This document shows positions 9,939 to 19,256 of a DNA stretch of 64,000 bases, one piece after another. Under the pieces are notes generated by a model. It did not search any database and was not told where the DNA came from. It saw only the letters and a list, made by a program, of their open reading frames with translations. Numbering within the stretch: the stretch's first letter is position 1; the number at the start of each line of letters is the position of its first letter. Made by a program: the position numbers and the translations under genes. Origin of the DNA: a virus; IMG/VR virus record IMGVR_UViG_3300046463_000164; one strand, written 5' to 3'.

Positions 9939-10895
9939 ATGAGTGAAGTGTATCTCTGGGCAGAACGTTTCCGCCCGCAAACTCTTGACGATGTTATCAT
10001 CCCAGAAAATGTTAAAGTGCAGTTCAGGAAATTCATTAGCGAAGGCCAACTGCCGAATCTGCTTCTGACTTCCACGTCACCTGGTACCGGTAAGACGACC
10101 ACCGCAAAAGCGCTGTGCAACGAACTGGGTATCAAGCCTCTTTTCCTTAACGCCTCTCTCAACAACAGTATTGATGATATTCGTGTATTGGTTATGCAAT
10201 ACGCGACGACAACTGCAATCTCGATGTTTGGTGACGAGAAAGCAAATCACAAGGTTGTTATCTTCGATGAGGCTGATCGCCTGTCGCCGGCAGCAATGGA
10301 CGCGTTGAAGGGTATCATTGAGGAAACTCACAAGCACTGCCGTTTCATCCTCACTGCGAATACGAAGAGCAAGATCATTGATCCTCTGCAATCGCGTCTG
10401 ACCAATATCGAATTCCGCTTCAGCAAGGCTGATTCGGACAAGCTGATGGTGCAGATGCTGAAGCGAGTGTTTCATATTCTTGGTGAGACGAATACGCCTT
10501 ATGATAAACCGTCTGTAGCGGGTATCGTGAAGGCATACTTCCCTGATAACCGTGGTCTGCTGACGTTCCTTCAGATGGAATCGCAGGGCGGGGATATCGG
10601 TCCAGGTTCGCTCGCTAAAGCCTCAGCAGCGAGTCCCGAAGCCCTCATTGAAGCGATGAAGGGTAAGAAGTACAAGGAAGTTCAGACCTACGTTATTAAC
10701 AACGTGGACCGTATGCAAGATGACTTCTATGAGCGTCTGTTCCGTCTTATGGAACCGGCGATCACCGATCAGTCGATTCCGCAGGCGGTTCTGGTCTTGG
10801 GCGATTATCAGAAGTATGACCAAGTGGTGCCGAGTAAGTATCTCCATTTCTTGGCTCTGTGTACTGAACTGATGATGCAGGTACAATTCAAATGA
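9939..10895 (+). CDS. 44: Clamp loader large subunit (gp44)
   Basis: WAERFRPQTLDD, Walker A PGTGKTT, Walker B FDEAD, LQSR. Confidence 0.95.
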   Translation: MSEVYLWAERFRPQTLDDVIIPENVKVQFRKFISEGQLPNLLLTSTSPGTGKTTTAKALCNELGIKPLFLNASLNNSIDDIRVLVMQYATTTAISMFGDEKANHKVVIFDEADRLSPAAMDALKGIIEETHKHCRFILTANTKSKIIDPLQSRLTNIEFRFSKADSDKLMVQMLKRVFHILGETNTPYDKPSVAGIVKAYFPDNRGLLTFLQMESQGGDIGPGSLAKASAASPEALIEAMKGKKYKEVQTYVINNVDRMQDDFYERLFRLMEPAITDQSIPQAVLVLGDYQKYDQVVPSKYLHFLALCTELMMQVQFK

Positions 10896-11194
10896 TGCAA
10901 ACAATCCTAGATCAAATTACGTGGTCTCATGCAGCGGCGTTGTATTTGGGATTGTGCTTCGGTATCGCTTTGTGGTGGATCGGTCTTTGTGCGCATAGCG
11001 ACATATTCAAGGGTCCGGATCATAAGTTTGGATATAACTACAAATCGGCGTTCAGTTGGATTCTGCTTCTGTTCTTTGCTTGTCCCTTGTTGAATCTAGT
11101 AACCCTGACGGTGACTTTGTGGACTATGATGATCAGCCGGTTAGATAGATACAAAGAGAATCTGAGGAAGAAAGAATATGCCCAGTCTGTTTGA
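10892..11194 (+). CDS. Small membrane protein
   Basis: Two hydrophobic segments; coupled between 44 and 62. Confidence 0.6.
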   Translation: MMQTILDQITWSHAAALYLGLCFGIALWWIGLCAHSDIFKGPDHKFGYNYKSAFSWILLLFFACPLLNLVTLTVTLWTMMISRLDRYKENLRKKEYAQSV

Positions 11195-11591
11195 ATGGCT
11201 CGACAAGATCAACACCGGAAAAGATATTGCGCTGAATGAGGATGATCCCTACAAAGATTATCCCACCTTCCAAATTCTTCAAGGGCTGAGTCAGAATCTG
11301 GATACGATCCTGCTAGCCAATGAGATGAATAAACGTCCAGGGTTATCTAAGGAAATGCAATTCAAATTTCTAGATAAGTCCATTATCAAGAAGAAGCGGT
11401 TTGGTAAATGGGCTAAGGTTGAGGAAGAAGCCAATAAGGCTGATATCGAAGTTGTGTCTGAGTTCTACCAAGTTAATCGGAATAGAGCAAAGGAATATCT
11501 GAAGCTGATTAACCCGACTGAGTTGGATTATATGCGCAAGCGAGTCAGCAAGGGCGGGTCAGATACTATCGGTAAAGGACGTAAGAAATGA
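11178..11591 (+). CDS. 62: Clamp loader small subunit (gp62)
   Basis: LANEMN, KKKRFGKWAK, EYLKL, KGG; synteny 45-44-62-regA. Confidence 0.9.
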   Translation: MPSLFEWLDKINTGKDIALNEDDPYKDYPTFQILQGLSQNLDTILLANEMNKRPGLSKEMQFKFLDKSIIKKKRFGKWAKVEEEANKADIEVVSEFYQVNRNRAKEYLKLINPTELDYMRKRVSKGGSDTIGKGRKK

Positions 11592-12058
11592 TATGGTTGA
11601 AAGCGGTAGATATCATTGGTGCCGATTCTAAGGTTGATGATATCCTTCCTTATTTGGTAGAAGTGGAGTTGGTCGGGGATAGCTTTCTGAAGGTGAAGGA
11701 ATCGCTCACTCGCATTGGTATTCCAGGAAAGCCGGATTTTGAACACGGCTTTCCGACTCTCCACCAAACCTGTCATATTCTATATAAGCGCGGTCGGTAT
11801 TACATCTGCCACTTCAAGACCTTGTTTCTCCTAGATGGTAAGGAAAACACTCTGGTTGAGGCGGATATCGCACGACAGAATACGATCATCAATCTCCTTC
11901 AGGAATGGAACCTCGTCAAAGTGGTTTATCCTGATATGATTGAAAAGCCGGTTTGCTCTCTGAAGACCCTTAAGGTTGTGAAGTATTCGGAGCGGGACCA
12001 ATGGAAGTTTGTTAGTCGTTATGATGTAGGTTCTAATATGAGGAAAGAAGCCGCATGA
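11588..12058 (+). CDS. regA: Translational repressor RegA
   Basis: FLKVKESLTRIGI, LHQTCHILYKRGRYYICHFKTLFLLDG. Confidence 0.93.
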   Translation: MIWLKAVDIIGADSKVDDILPYLVEVELVGDSFLKVKESLTRIGIPGKPDFEHGFPTLHQTCHILYKRGRYYICHFKTLFLLDGKENTLVEADIARQNTIINLLQEWNLVKVVYPDMIEKPVCSLKTLKVVKYSERDQWKFVSRYDVGSNMRKEAA

Positions 12059-12348
12059 GCAGTTTGACAGAAGCACAGAAAGAACGGTTGGTGAAGTTGA
12101 TTGAGGAATGTTCTGAGATCCAAAAGGTGGCATGTAAGATTCTGCTCTGGGGTTATGACTCGGTCAACCCGTATGCTCCGCAAGATGGTACGAATCTGAA
12201 TCAGCTTCAACTTGAGATGGGTGATTATGACGCCATCTTTGCGTTGATGGCCAATAATGGCGATATTGATGTTGAGGCCGTCAACGAACGTCATCACAAG
12301 AAATATCAGATTTTGCCTCAGTTTCTGCATGAGGGGCATGAGTTTTGA
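12055..12348 (+). CDS. MazG-like NTP pyrophosphohydrolase domain protein
   Basis: LIEECSE...KIL.WG...LEMGD acidic helical motif. Confidence 0.6.
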   Translation: MSSLTEAQKERLVKLIEECSEIQKVACKILLWGYDSVNPYAPQDGTNLNQLQLEMGDYDAIFALMANNGDIDVEAVNERHHKKYQILPQFLHEGHEF

Positions 12349-12548
12349 TAGTTGAATATTATAGCAGGAAGTATGGCGCCGGTCATTCCAATATTGATAC
12401 GCTAGAATATTGGTATTATCAAGTCCCGGAGTTGCCGCTGCCGCGCCTGGGTGAGTACGTACAGTTTAGTTCACAAGATAGAGAAAGAAAGGTGATCCAC
12501 ATTGTACATCTAGTAGATCGTGGTGTTGTTCAAATCTTTGTCGTATAA
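12345..12548 (+). CDS. Hypothetical protein
   Basis: Coupled small ORF. Confidence 0.45.
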   Translation: MIVEYYSRKYGAGHSNIDTLEYWYYQVPELPLPRLGEYVQFSSQDRERKVIHIVHLVDRGVVQIFVV

Positions 12549-12560
12549 GGTTAATAGAAT

Positions 12561-13031
12561 ATGTTTGAAGCAGTATCAAGTCTTAACGTAGCATTCGGTA
12601 ATCTCGCTGGTGATCCGCTGAACCCTGATTGGGACCGTCTGAAGAGCCAAGCCCAGAATATTCTTGATGAATATAATGAGCTGATGGAAGACGGCATTGA
12701 AGCAAAGAATATGACGGAAGTCCGTGATGCTATTTGCGACATCCTCGTGTTTACCCTTGGTCTAGCCCACATGGCGGGCGTACCTGTCGTAGAAGATATG
12801 GATGAAGTGGACCGTTCCAATCGCTCCAAATTCTGCGCCGATCCGGGTCAACTCCTAGCAACCATTGACAAATATAACCAACTTGGTGTGGAAGTCGTTG
12901 TTGATGGCGTATATCCGATGAAGCGGGTTAAGTCGGCCAAGGAGCAGAAGGATAATAAAGGCAACAACTATCCGAAAGGCAAGATGCTGAAGTCGGTATC
13001 GTTTGTTGAGCCTAAGCTGCGCGATCTATGA
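12561..13031 (+). CDS. MazG/PRA-PH-like all-alpha dNTP pyrophosphatase
   Basis: LDEYNEL, DAICDILVFTLG, EVDRSNRSK, GKMLK. Confidence 0.8.
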   Translation: MFEAVSSLNVAFGNLAGDPLNPDWDRLKSQAQNILDEYNELMEDGIEAKNMTEVRDAICDILVFTLGLAHMAGVPVVEDMDEVDRSNRSKFCADPGQLLATIDKYNQLGVEVVVDGVYPMKRVKSAKEQKDNKGNNYPKGKMLKSVSFVEPKLRDL

Positions 13032-13225
13032 TCACAAAGATACAAAAGTATTGTACACAAATAGGTGAAGACCCTAAAGGTCATCGCCAATGGATGTATG
13101 AGGAAAAGACTAGCTATGGTTACAAGACAATTTCGTTTTGGTCTATGCCAGGCGATTACCCTTCAATTGGGGATACTATAGAGGAAGGATTGCTTGTTAA
13201 AAATAACAAAGATCAAGCTGGATAG
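13028..13225 (+). CDS. Hypothetical protein
   Basis: Coupled small ORF. Confidence 0.45.
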   Translation: MITKIQKYCTQIGEDPKGHRQWMYEEKTSYGYKTISFWSMPGDYPSIGDTIEEGLLVKNNKDQAG

Positions 13226-13493
13226 TAACAACCGGATGATCAGAGTAGGATTTGGGAAGCACGAAGGGGTTTGGTTCTTTCGTGCCGATTTTTGGTTTAA
13301 CGGTTATAGGATAACTCGTGACGACTTTTAAGGTGATGTTCAGGTCGCTATACGCAGGTAGTTTTGGAGTTAGTATCAGCACAGTAATTGAGGAATTTCC
13401 TACCAAAGAAGCAGCCGAGATTGCCATAAAGCAGGTAGACAAGAATCCTCTATCCGTTTACGTGAGCAGTCAAAGCATCCGACTCTATACTGT

Positions 13494-13727
13494 ATGAGCT
13501 ATCTTACGCAGCAACAACGCCGTAGGTTTCTAGTCGATATCACCAGAGCACAATGGGCAGTTGATGTTGGTAAATTGCTTGATGATATCGAAGTGGCTGT
13601 GGCCAACGCTATCCTAACTAAGCAAGCATCTGAGCGCAGATTCGCAGAGGCACCCGGAGAGCCAGAAAGAACTGGCTTGCCTCATTATGATATTGAACCT
13701 GAAGAAAATTGGGGATACGGAAATTGA
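13494..13727 (+). CDS. Hypothetical protein
   Basis: Coupled small ORF. Confidence 0.5.
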   Translation: MSYLTQQQRRRFLVDITRAQWAVDVGKLLDDIEVAVANAILTKQASERRFAEAPGEPERTGLPHYDIEPEENWGYGN

Positions 13728-14248
13728 AAACGTCTAAAGAATGGTGGGATGAAACGAAGTCGGATACAGTTAAGATCAATAACTGGCTCCAAGCTCAATA
13801 CACCGGAGAAATCACAGCAGCAGGACGTATTGTTGATTTCGGCGAAAAGTATGCCGCGACGGACAAGGAGAAGAAGATTCTCAACTTTATCGCGGATCAA
13901 GAGCGGACTCACGCAGATTGGATCAAGACTCTATTGGTGACCCGTGGTATCGAACCGAAGGTAGGAAATGCTAACAAAAGGTATTGGAAAGAAGCGTTGC
14001 CGGGTATCTCCGACTTTGCAACCGGTGCGGCAGTTGCGGCTCATGCGGAGGCAATGCGTCTTGAGCGAATTCGCGCGATTGCGGAGGATGAAGAGTCTCC
14101 AGCTGATATTCGCTTCACGTTCCTGAGAATCTTGGTGGACGAGATTGGTCATGAGCGCATGTTCCGTCGGCTGAGCAACGCTGAAGCTTTGGAAGCGACT
14201 CTTGGTCATCACGAAGCTGGGGCTAAATCTTTGGGTCTAGTTATCTAA
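13724..14248 (+). CDS. Ferritin-like di-iron protein
   Basis: Paired E...ExxH motifs (GEITA/QERTH; AEAMR/DEIGH); probable TTG start at 13724. Confidence 0.75.
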   Translation: MKTSKEWWDETKSDTVKINNWLQAQYTGEITAAGRIVDFGEKYAATDKEKKILNFIADQERTHADWIKTLLVTRGIEPKVGNANKRYWKEALPGISDFATGAAVAAHAEAMRLERIRAIAEDEESPADIRFTFLRILVDEIGHERMFRRLSNAEALEATLGHHEAGAKSLGLVI

Positions 14249-14280
14249 ATAATCAGAGATAACCAACCAAAGGAAGCAAC

Positions 14281-14733
14281 ATGAAACTCTCTATTCATCA
14301 CTTTATTGATATTCAAAAATATCACAAGAACAATCTGATTCTAGCGCCTGCTGGCAACTTGGGCATTTCCAGGAGCGACATGCCTCAGATTGATCGGGCG
14401 AATAGGGAGGATTTTATCAAGTGGCTTGAACTGCGTGGGATTAAAGTCCGTAATATAAGGATACCCGCGCGATCCCTTAAACTAGCTCAGGGTGAATATA
14501 ACCGCGATAAAGTAGGATCAATCATCGACAGCGGTCATGCCGGTGAAGACCCTATCTTTGTTAGCAAGGATGGATACGTTGTGGATGGTAACCACCGTCT
14601 CATTGCGCACCTCAACATGCCCGGCGCGAGTAAGTACATTCAGGTGACTGAGCTGGGACAAGATATTAAGGGGTTGTTGGATGAGATTAGCCACTACCCT
14701 AATGTTCGGTACAGAAATCTGAACAACGTCTGA
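14281..14733 (+). CDS. ParB/Srx-like domain protein
   Basis: SRSDMPQI, PIFVSKDGYVVDGNHR; late-type CTAAATA at 14245-14251. Confidence 0.7.
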   Translation: MKLSIHHFIDIQKYHKNNLILAPAGNLGISRSDMPQIDRANREDFIKWLELRGIKVRNIRIPARSLKLAQGEYNRDKVGSIIDSGHAGEDPIFVSKDGYVVDGNHRLIAHLNMPGASKYIQVTELGQDIKGLLDEISHYPNVRYRNLNNV

Positions 14734-14760
14734 GTTTCATAACACTTCATAAAAAAGTTC

Positions 14761-14789
14761 TTTACTTTCCGAAACTGTTTTACTATACT
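14761..14789 (+). promoter_or_regulatory. Early promoter
   Basis: TTTACT-N17-TATACT. Confidence 0.7.
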
Positions 14790-14916
14790 TTAATCATAGG
14801 CGGTCGGAAAGAAACTGCCTAGGGAAGAAAGGTAAGGTTGTAGTAAAGGGAGGTTGGTCGGGCTACTCATAAGCCCTTGTGAGAAATACAATATATTATG
14901 AAGGAAGGGAACTGTC

Positions 14917-15531
14917 ATGCAAACTCAAAACGCCATCAAGATGATCGCCTCGTTCAACCGTGGCATCTTCGTTCCTCTGATCGGAGCCCATCAGCAACCG
15001 GTCGCGGTGCACAACCTTCTTAAGGAGAAGGGTGCGCGAGTGAGCCTGGACCATGTCCGGGCAATGATGGAAGGCCGCGAGAGCGAGTTCAAGGACTTCG
15101 AAGTTGTTCAGGTGATCGGCCATCACGCCGGGGCTCAACAAGCTCAGGCGCAACAACCGGCACCGGTTCGTCGGAATCCGATGCCAAGTGGCCTACCGGG
15201 TCGCTTGGTGAATCCCGGAACCCAACAGACCAATTTGACATCGCCTGCTCCCGCACAAGCGCGTGGGCGCGGTCGTGAATACGCCCCGAGCGGCGTGATC
15301 AAACCGCTGAAGCGTAATACGACTTACGCAAAGCTCATGGAAATGCTCGTTAAGGGCGCGACCATGAAGGAGTTGCTTGCAGCAACGACGAATACGACCG
15401 CAGGCGGGGTCAATGACGTCTTGTCTTGGCAGATCAAGCAGCGTGGTTACGGCCTGCGCTTCGATCAAGGATCGGGCAAGTATTTTCTTGTGATGCCGGA
15501 AGGTCACAAGGAGTTGAAGTACGCGGATTGA
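14917..15531 (+). CDS. Hypothetical two-domain protein, possible C-terminal winged HTH
   Basis: Q/P-rich linker; LMEMLVKGATMKELLAAT...VLSWQIKQRGY followed by a beta hairpin. Confidence 0.6.
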   Translation: MQTQNAIKMIASFNRGIFVPLIGAHQQPVAVHNLLKEKGARVSLDHVRAMMEGRESEFKDFEVVQVIGHHAGAQQAQAQQPAPVRRNPMPSGLPGRLVNPGTQQTNLTSPAPAQARGRGREYAPSGVIKPLKRNTTYAKLMEMLVKGATMKELLAATTNTTAGGVNDVLSWQIKQRGYGLRFDQGSGKYFLVMPEGHKELKYAD

Positions 15532-15593
15532 TATAGTCCGCTCAACCAAGGGGAGACATATTGTCTCCCCTTTTTCATTTTATGGAGTCAATT

Positions 15594-15941
15594 ATGGCTA
15601 GGCCGCCGTTGAAGTCGATTGAGGAATACAACCAATCTGGAGGTTGGGCTTATCATAAGTTCCTTGATCACACTGAGGCAATTCTGAATGACCCACTTCT
15701 TGCTAAAGTTGCTAAGTTTGAAGTGACCGATAACATTTTGTATTTGAGATCGGGTGGGGCGTTGTTAAGCTTCATGGTACAACAAGATGGCAGAGCCAAG
15801 GAATACTTGACTATAGTCAACGGAATCAACCGGCAAGAGTTGGTAGAATTCCACTTTTCCGCAAGATCGGAGGATATTATAAGATCAATTTACCACATCT
15901 TGGATGTAAAGGAGGAAACAAATGACAAGCAGTTGGATTGA
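15594..15941 (+). CDS. Hypothetical protein
   Basis: GGAG RBS then MARPPLK; precedes gp59. Confidence 0.55.
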   Translation: MARPPLKSIEEYNQSGGWAYHKFLDHTEAILNDPLLAKVAKFEVTDNILYLRSGGALLSFMVQQDGRAKEYLTIVNGINRQELVEFHFSARSEDIIRSIYHILDVKEETNDKQLD

Positions 15942-16515
15942 TCATCAGAGAGAACAGGCTTTTGCAATATATCGCCGATATATTGCGATGAGTTTGCACT
16001 TTAAGGAGGGATCAAACTATGACTACACAATATACAATGGGGCTTCTAAGGTCTCCCTGAAGAGTTTCTTGACCAAGCCGCGAGAGGTAACAAGCTTCAT
16101 ACAACTATCCAATCGCATCAAAGGCATTGTCCCTGAGGAATTTCTATTCGCTCAAGCAAGACATGGCAACCTCTGCGTCAATAGGTTATTGGACAAAGAC
16201 GCCATGAAGATTTACAATGAGTGGAAGGGAAAGTACGGCGACTCTGGCGTGTTCCTGGAGAACGCGAGCGCTGAGCTTAAACGGTTCTCGCTGCTGCCCC
16301 TAGAGGCTGCTGAGGCGGACGTTACCGATATACTAGCTAACCTGCTGGCGACCGGAGAGGACTGCTATATAGAGCCTATCTCATGGATACTCCAGACGTA
16401 TCCAAGCGTGGGGACGGATATTCGCATGAGAGTCGCAGACAACGTTCTTTACAAGATGATGCTGGATAAGGTAATCAAGATGCAACGTTTCTATTCCTAC
16501 CTTTGCATTATCTAA
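15922..16515 (+). CDS. 59: Helicase loader (gp59-like)
   Basis: YRRYIAMSLHF...YDYTIYNG matches the gp59 N-terminal motif. Confidence 0.7.
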   Translation: MTSSWIDHQREQAFAIYRRYIAMSLHFKEGSNYDYTIYNGASKVSLKSFLTKPREVTSFIQLSNRIKGIVPEEFLFAQARHGNLCVNRLLDKDAMKIYNEWKGKYGDSGVFLENASAELKRFSLLPLEAAEADVTDILANLLATGEDCYIEPISWILQTYPSVGTDIRMRVADNVLYKMMLDKVIKMQRFYSYLCII

Positions 16516-16517
16516 AG

Positions 16518-16548
16518 AAAAAGCCCCTCAGAATCTGAGGGGCTTTTT
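16518..16548. terminator. Bidirectional terminator
   Basis: A run-GCCCCTCAG-AAT-CTGAGGGGC-T run between convergent genes. Confidence 0.85.
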
Positions 16549-16549
16549 G

Positions 16550-17044
16550 TTATGTCGGTAGGTCAGCGTCACGGTCGGTTTGATCAACAAAATCAAAACC
16601 GGTGAATGCAAACGTGGCTGTGCAGTGTACGTCCGTATCGCGTCCGTCTGTGTCGAATTCTAGACCTGAGAGCGCTATCGGAAACGCCTCATAAAATTCA
16701 ACTTCAATTCCCTGGAACTTCTTGTCATTGCTCACCAGGTGCACGAAGATAGACTGATATTCTTCAATACCTCTCTTGGCGTTATCCCTCATCCAGCTAT
16801 ACAACTTGATGTAGTTCAGTAGGTTCTCGTCTACAATAAACTCAAGCTCAAGGTTGTCATATTGAATATGATCACCCGAAGTTTGCAATACGAACTCAGT
16901 GCGGTTTCCGATAGCAGTTGGGTTAGCAGACACAGCAGGGAGCTCAAACTTTGTGAGCTTCATAACCAGTTCTTCTTGGCCTTGGATGAATGCAATCCAG
17001 TTAGAACTGCCAATATTATTGATTGTCGGAGTAGAAATATTCAT
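16550..17044 (-). CDS. 3: Tail tube terminator / sheath stabiliser (gp3-like)
   Basis: YDNLELEFIVDENL..Y..LYSWM, FYEAFPIALSGLEF; late CTAAATA at 17086-17092 (-). Confidence 0.8.
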   Translation of the reverse strand: MNISTPTINNIGSSNWIAFIQGQEELVMKLTKFELPAVSANPTAIGNRTEFVLQTSGDHIQYDNLELEFIVDENLLNYIKLYSWMRDNAKRGIEEYQSIFVHLVSNDKKFQGIEVEFYEAFPIALSGLEFDTDGRDTDVHCTATFAFTGFDFVDQTDRDADLPT

Positions 17045-17141
17045 ACGATGGGCCTTTACTTAGTATGTGTACATAGGTATAATTATATTTAGAGTAGATG
17101 TGATAAAGAATGTGTTCGGTACTAACCCTTGAAGTGAGAAA

Positions 17142-17855
17142 TTGATGTCGTCCCTGCGCGAAGCCCTGAAATCTGTGAAAAGCAATATCCGTGTAATGCC
17201 TGCTGCTCCGAAGAAGCCGGTGCCGACGCGCCAGGCGTCCAAGCCGAAGGCTGAAGTGATCCCCATTAGGCCGAAGCAATATATCTCCGGCCATGAAGTT
17301 CGTTGGACCGACTATGAAGGTAATAGCGGCAAAGTTCCTTTTATCTCTCATCAAGAAGATGAGGTTGGCTTCTATATAGCTTACCCGTCGAAGCGGGAAG
17401 ACATCAAGTTGCCTGAAGGTACGGTGCGGGCATCGTATAACTTCGCCAAGAAGCAAGTTGAGTATTTTAAGAAAGGCTCCAATGAGCCGATTCGTTTCGT
17501 GCGGAACGCGCGCCATGAGCCGCTGCCGGTTCCCTCGTATTTCGGTGAGTTGGAGAAGATTGAGGAAGTGTTCGATATCAACCTGGAAACCGGTGAGATC
17601 ACTGAAGAGATTCGTGTTGATGTATTGCCGGAAGGCGTGCACTGGAAGCTGCGTCTTCAAGAGTTTGAGAATCAACAGATCAAGGCGGGTGTTAGCGCAA
17701 AAGCGATTACTTTCCGTCTGCAACGGTATCTGAAGAACCTGGAAGCAATGCGCGGAGTGACGGTTGAAATGATTGCTCAACCGATCCCAGAAGCGATTGT
17801 TACTGCCATTCAATATGCAGAACAGAAGCGCCTCCAAATGGCATCCGGCGCGTAA
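17142..17855 (+). CDS. Hypothetical protein
   Basis: 237-aa ORF with phage-like codon use. Confidence 0.65.
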   Translation: MMSSLREALKSVKSNIRVMPAAPKKPVPTRQASKPKAEVIPIRPKQYISGHEVRWTDYEGNSGKVPFISHQEDEVGFYIAYPSKREDIKLPEGTVRASYNFAKKQVEYFKKGSNEPIRFVRNARHEPLPVPSYFGELEKIEEVFDINLETGEITEEIRVDVLPEGVHWKLRLQEFENQQIKAGVSAKAITFRLQRYLKNLEAMRGVTVEMIAQPIPEAIVTAIQYAEQKRLQMASGA

Positions 17856-18307
17856 TGATATATCTTAACCCATTTTTAGTAAAGGAAGCGGAAATGTCTG
17901 AGCTTGTAAAGATCAAGTTGACCAAAGAAAATGCGCCGGGTCAATTTGCGATTATTCAGGATCGAAACCGTGAAATTGCATCTGCGGTCCAAAAGCATCT
18001 ATTCCATGAGTTTGATGCGGTTTGGGCATTTGGTGGACCCCTCGTAAAATACCTGGAAGAGGAAGTGTTGTATGTCAGTCCGTCATCCGATGGAGGCTAT
18101 GTATTGGCTTATAGCACTTTGGATTACTACAACACCGGAGATCGGCGAGAACGCTTTCCAGAAATGTCGATTGAGGTAGAGGCGGTATATACCGTGTCGA
18201 TATACAACAATGTTCGCGCGGTGAAGATCGGAGGTAAGATGTATAACGAATCTGATATCATCCAGATTCTGAAATCCAACCCGCTCACTATTCCGGAGAT
18301 TGCGTAA
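17855..18307 (+). CDS. Hypothetical protein (start may be 17894)
   Basis: ORF ending at a terminator. Confidence 0.6.
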   Translation: MIYLNPFLVKEAEMSELVKIKLTKENAPGQFAIIQDRNREIASAVQKHLFHEFDAVWAFGGPLVKYLEEEVLYVSPSSDGGYVLAYSTLDYYNTGDRRERFPEMSIEVEAVYTVSIYNNVRAVKIGGKMYNESDIIQILKSNPLTIPEIA

Positions 18308-18318
18308 CCAAGTAAAAT

Positions 18319-18348
18319 AAAAGGCCCAAGAATTTCTTGGGCCTTTTT
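18319..18348. terminator. Bidirectional terminator
   Basis: A run-GGCCCAAGA-ATT-TCTTGGGCC-T run. Confidence 0.85.
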
Positions 18349-18351
18349 GCT

Positions 18352-19122
18352 TTATATCATTGCCAATATCTTGCCGGTGATGGTAAGGTTATTGGATAGT
18401 GTATTAACCACAAGATAGACGTTGTTCGGGTCAATCGAAGTGGTGAGGTTGAATAGACTCTGAGAGTTGCCTACCTCATTATATACTGAGATGTAGGTGT
18501 CTGTCCCTACATATGTAATCAATACTTCTTGAATTTGTCTGTTTGCTCCAGCAGCGTCGCAGACAGCAATCAGGCATTTCATCGCGGTGTATCGGGCGAT
18601 TCTGAATGAAAATAGATTAGTTGCCCCGGCAGATGCGATTACTTGAGGCTTGGTTCCGCCAGCATTGTAAAGCTGAATCTTCTTCCAGCTTCCCGTAGGA
18701 ACGTCCCAACGAGAAAGTTCTGATAGGTTATCCCCTGATCCATCATCTTGAATGAAGGTCAGTTCATTTCCAAAGTAGTTAGAATACTCATTTGAGATCG
18801 CGGCATCCCGATCAGCAGCGTTATTGAATACGCCTCTAAATGAAGTGGCACGACCTAGAAAGTTGAATTTAGAGTATTCCGCATCGGTTAGGACATGAGA
18901 ATCAGGGATGGACGTCAGCTGAGCTCTGATATTCGCCGGTTGGTTATTGGCGATGATATTGTTATTCAGAATCTTGGCAAGCTCAGCAGAAGCAACCTTA
19001 CCGGTTCCTCCAGAGAAGTCATTAACAATAAGCTGGGCGCTCAGGGCGCTGCGCATTTCGGAAATTGCCTGGTCGATTTCTTGTCCTGTATAGACAGAAC
19101 GATATACTGAATTGGTAGTCAT
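18352..19122 (-). CDS. Probable virion structural protein (tail/baseplate associated)
   Basis: YTGQEIDQAI N-terminus, N/S/T-rich beta C-terminus; late CTAAATA at 19184-19190 (-). Confidence 0.6.
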   Translation of the reverse strand: MTTNSVYRSVYTGQEIDQAISEMRSALSAQLIVNDFSGGTGKVASAELAKILNNNIIANNQPANIRAQLTSIPDSHVLTDAEYSKFNFLGRATSFRGVFNNAADRDAAISNEYSNYFGNELTFIQDDGSGDNLSELSRWDVPTGSWKKIQLYNAGGTKPQVIASAGATNLFSFRIARYTAMKCLIAVCDAAGANRQIQEVLITYVGTDTYISVYNEVGNSQSLFNLTTSIDPNNVYLVVNTLSNNLTITGKILAMI

Positions 19123-19203
19123 TTATATTCCTTTGTGAATGTGCCTTTCCATATCCAGGCAAATAAAGCATACGATTTACTAATATTTAGTCAGAACACA
19201 TAC

Positions 19204-19232
19204 TAGACTTAACATAGCCCATCGGCTATAAT
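19204..19232 (+). promoter_or_regulatory. Sigma70-type promoter of the glycosylation operon
   Basis: TAGACT-N17-TATAAT followed by AAGGAG RBS. Confidence 0.75.
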
Positions 19233-19256
19233 AGGAAGGTTAATAAAGGAGAAAGA

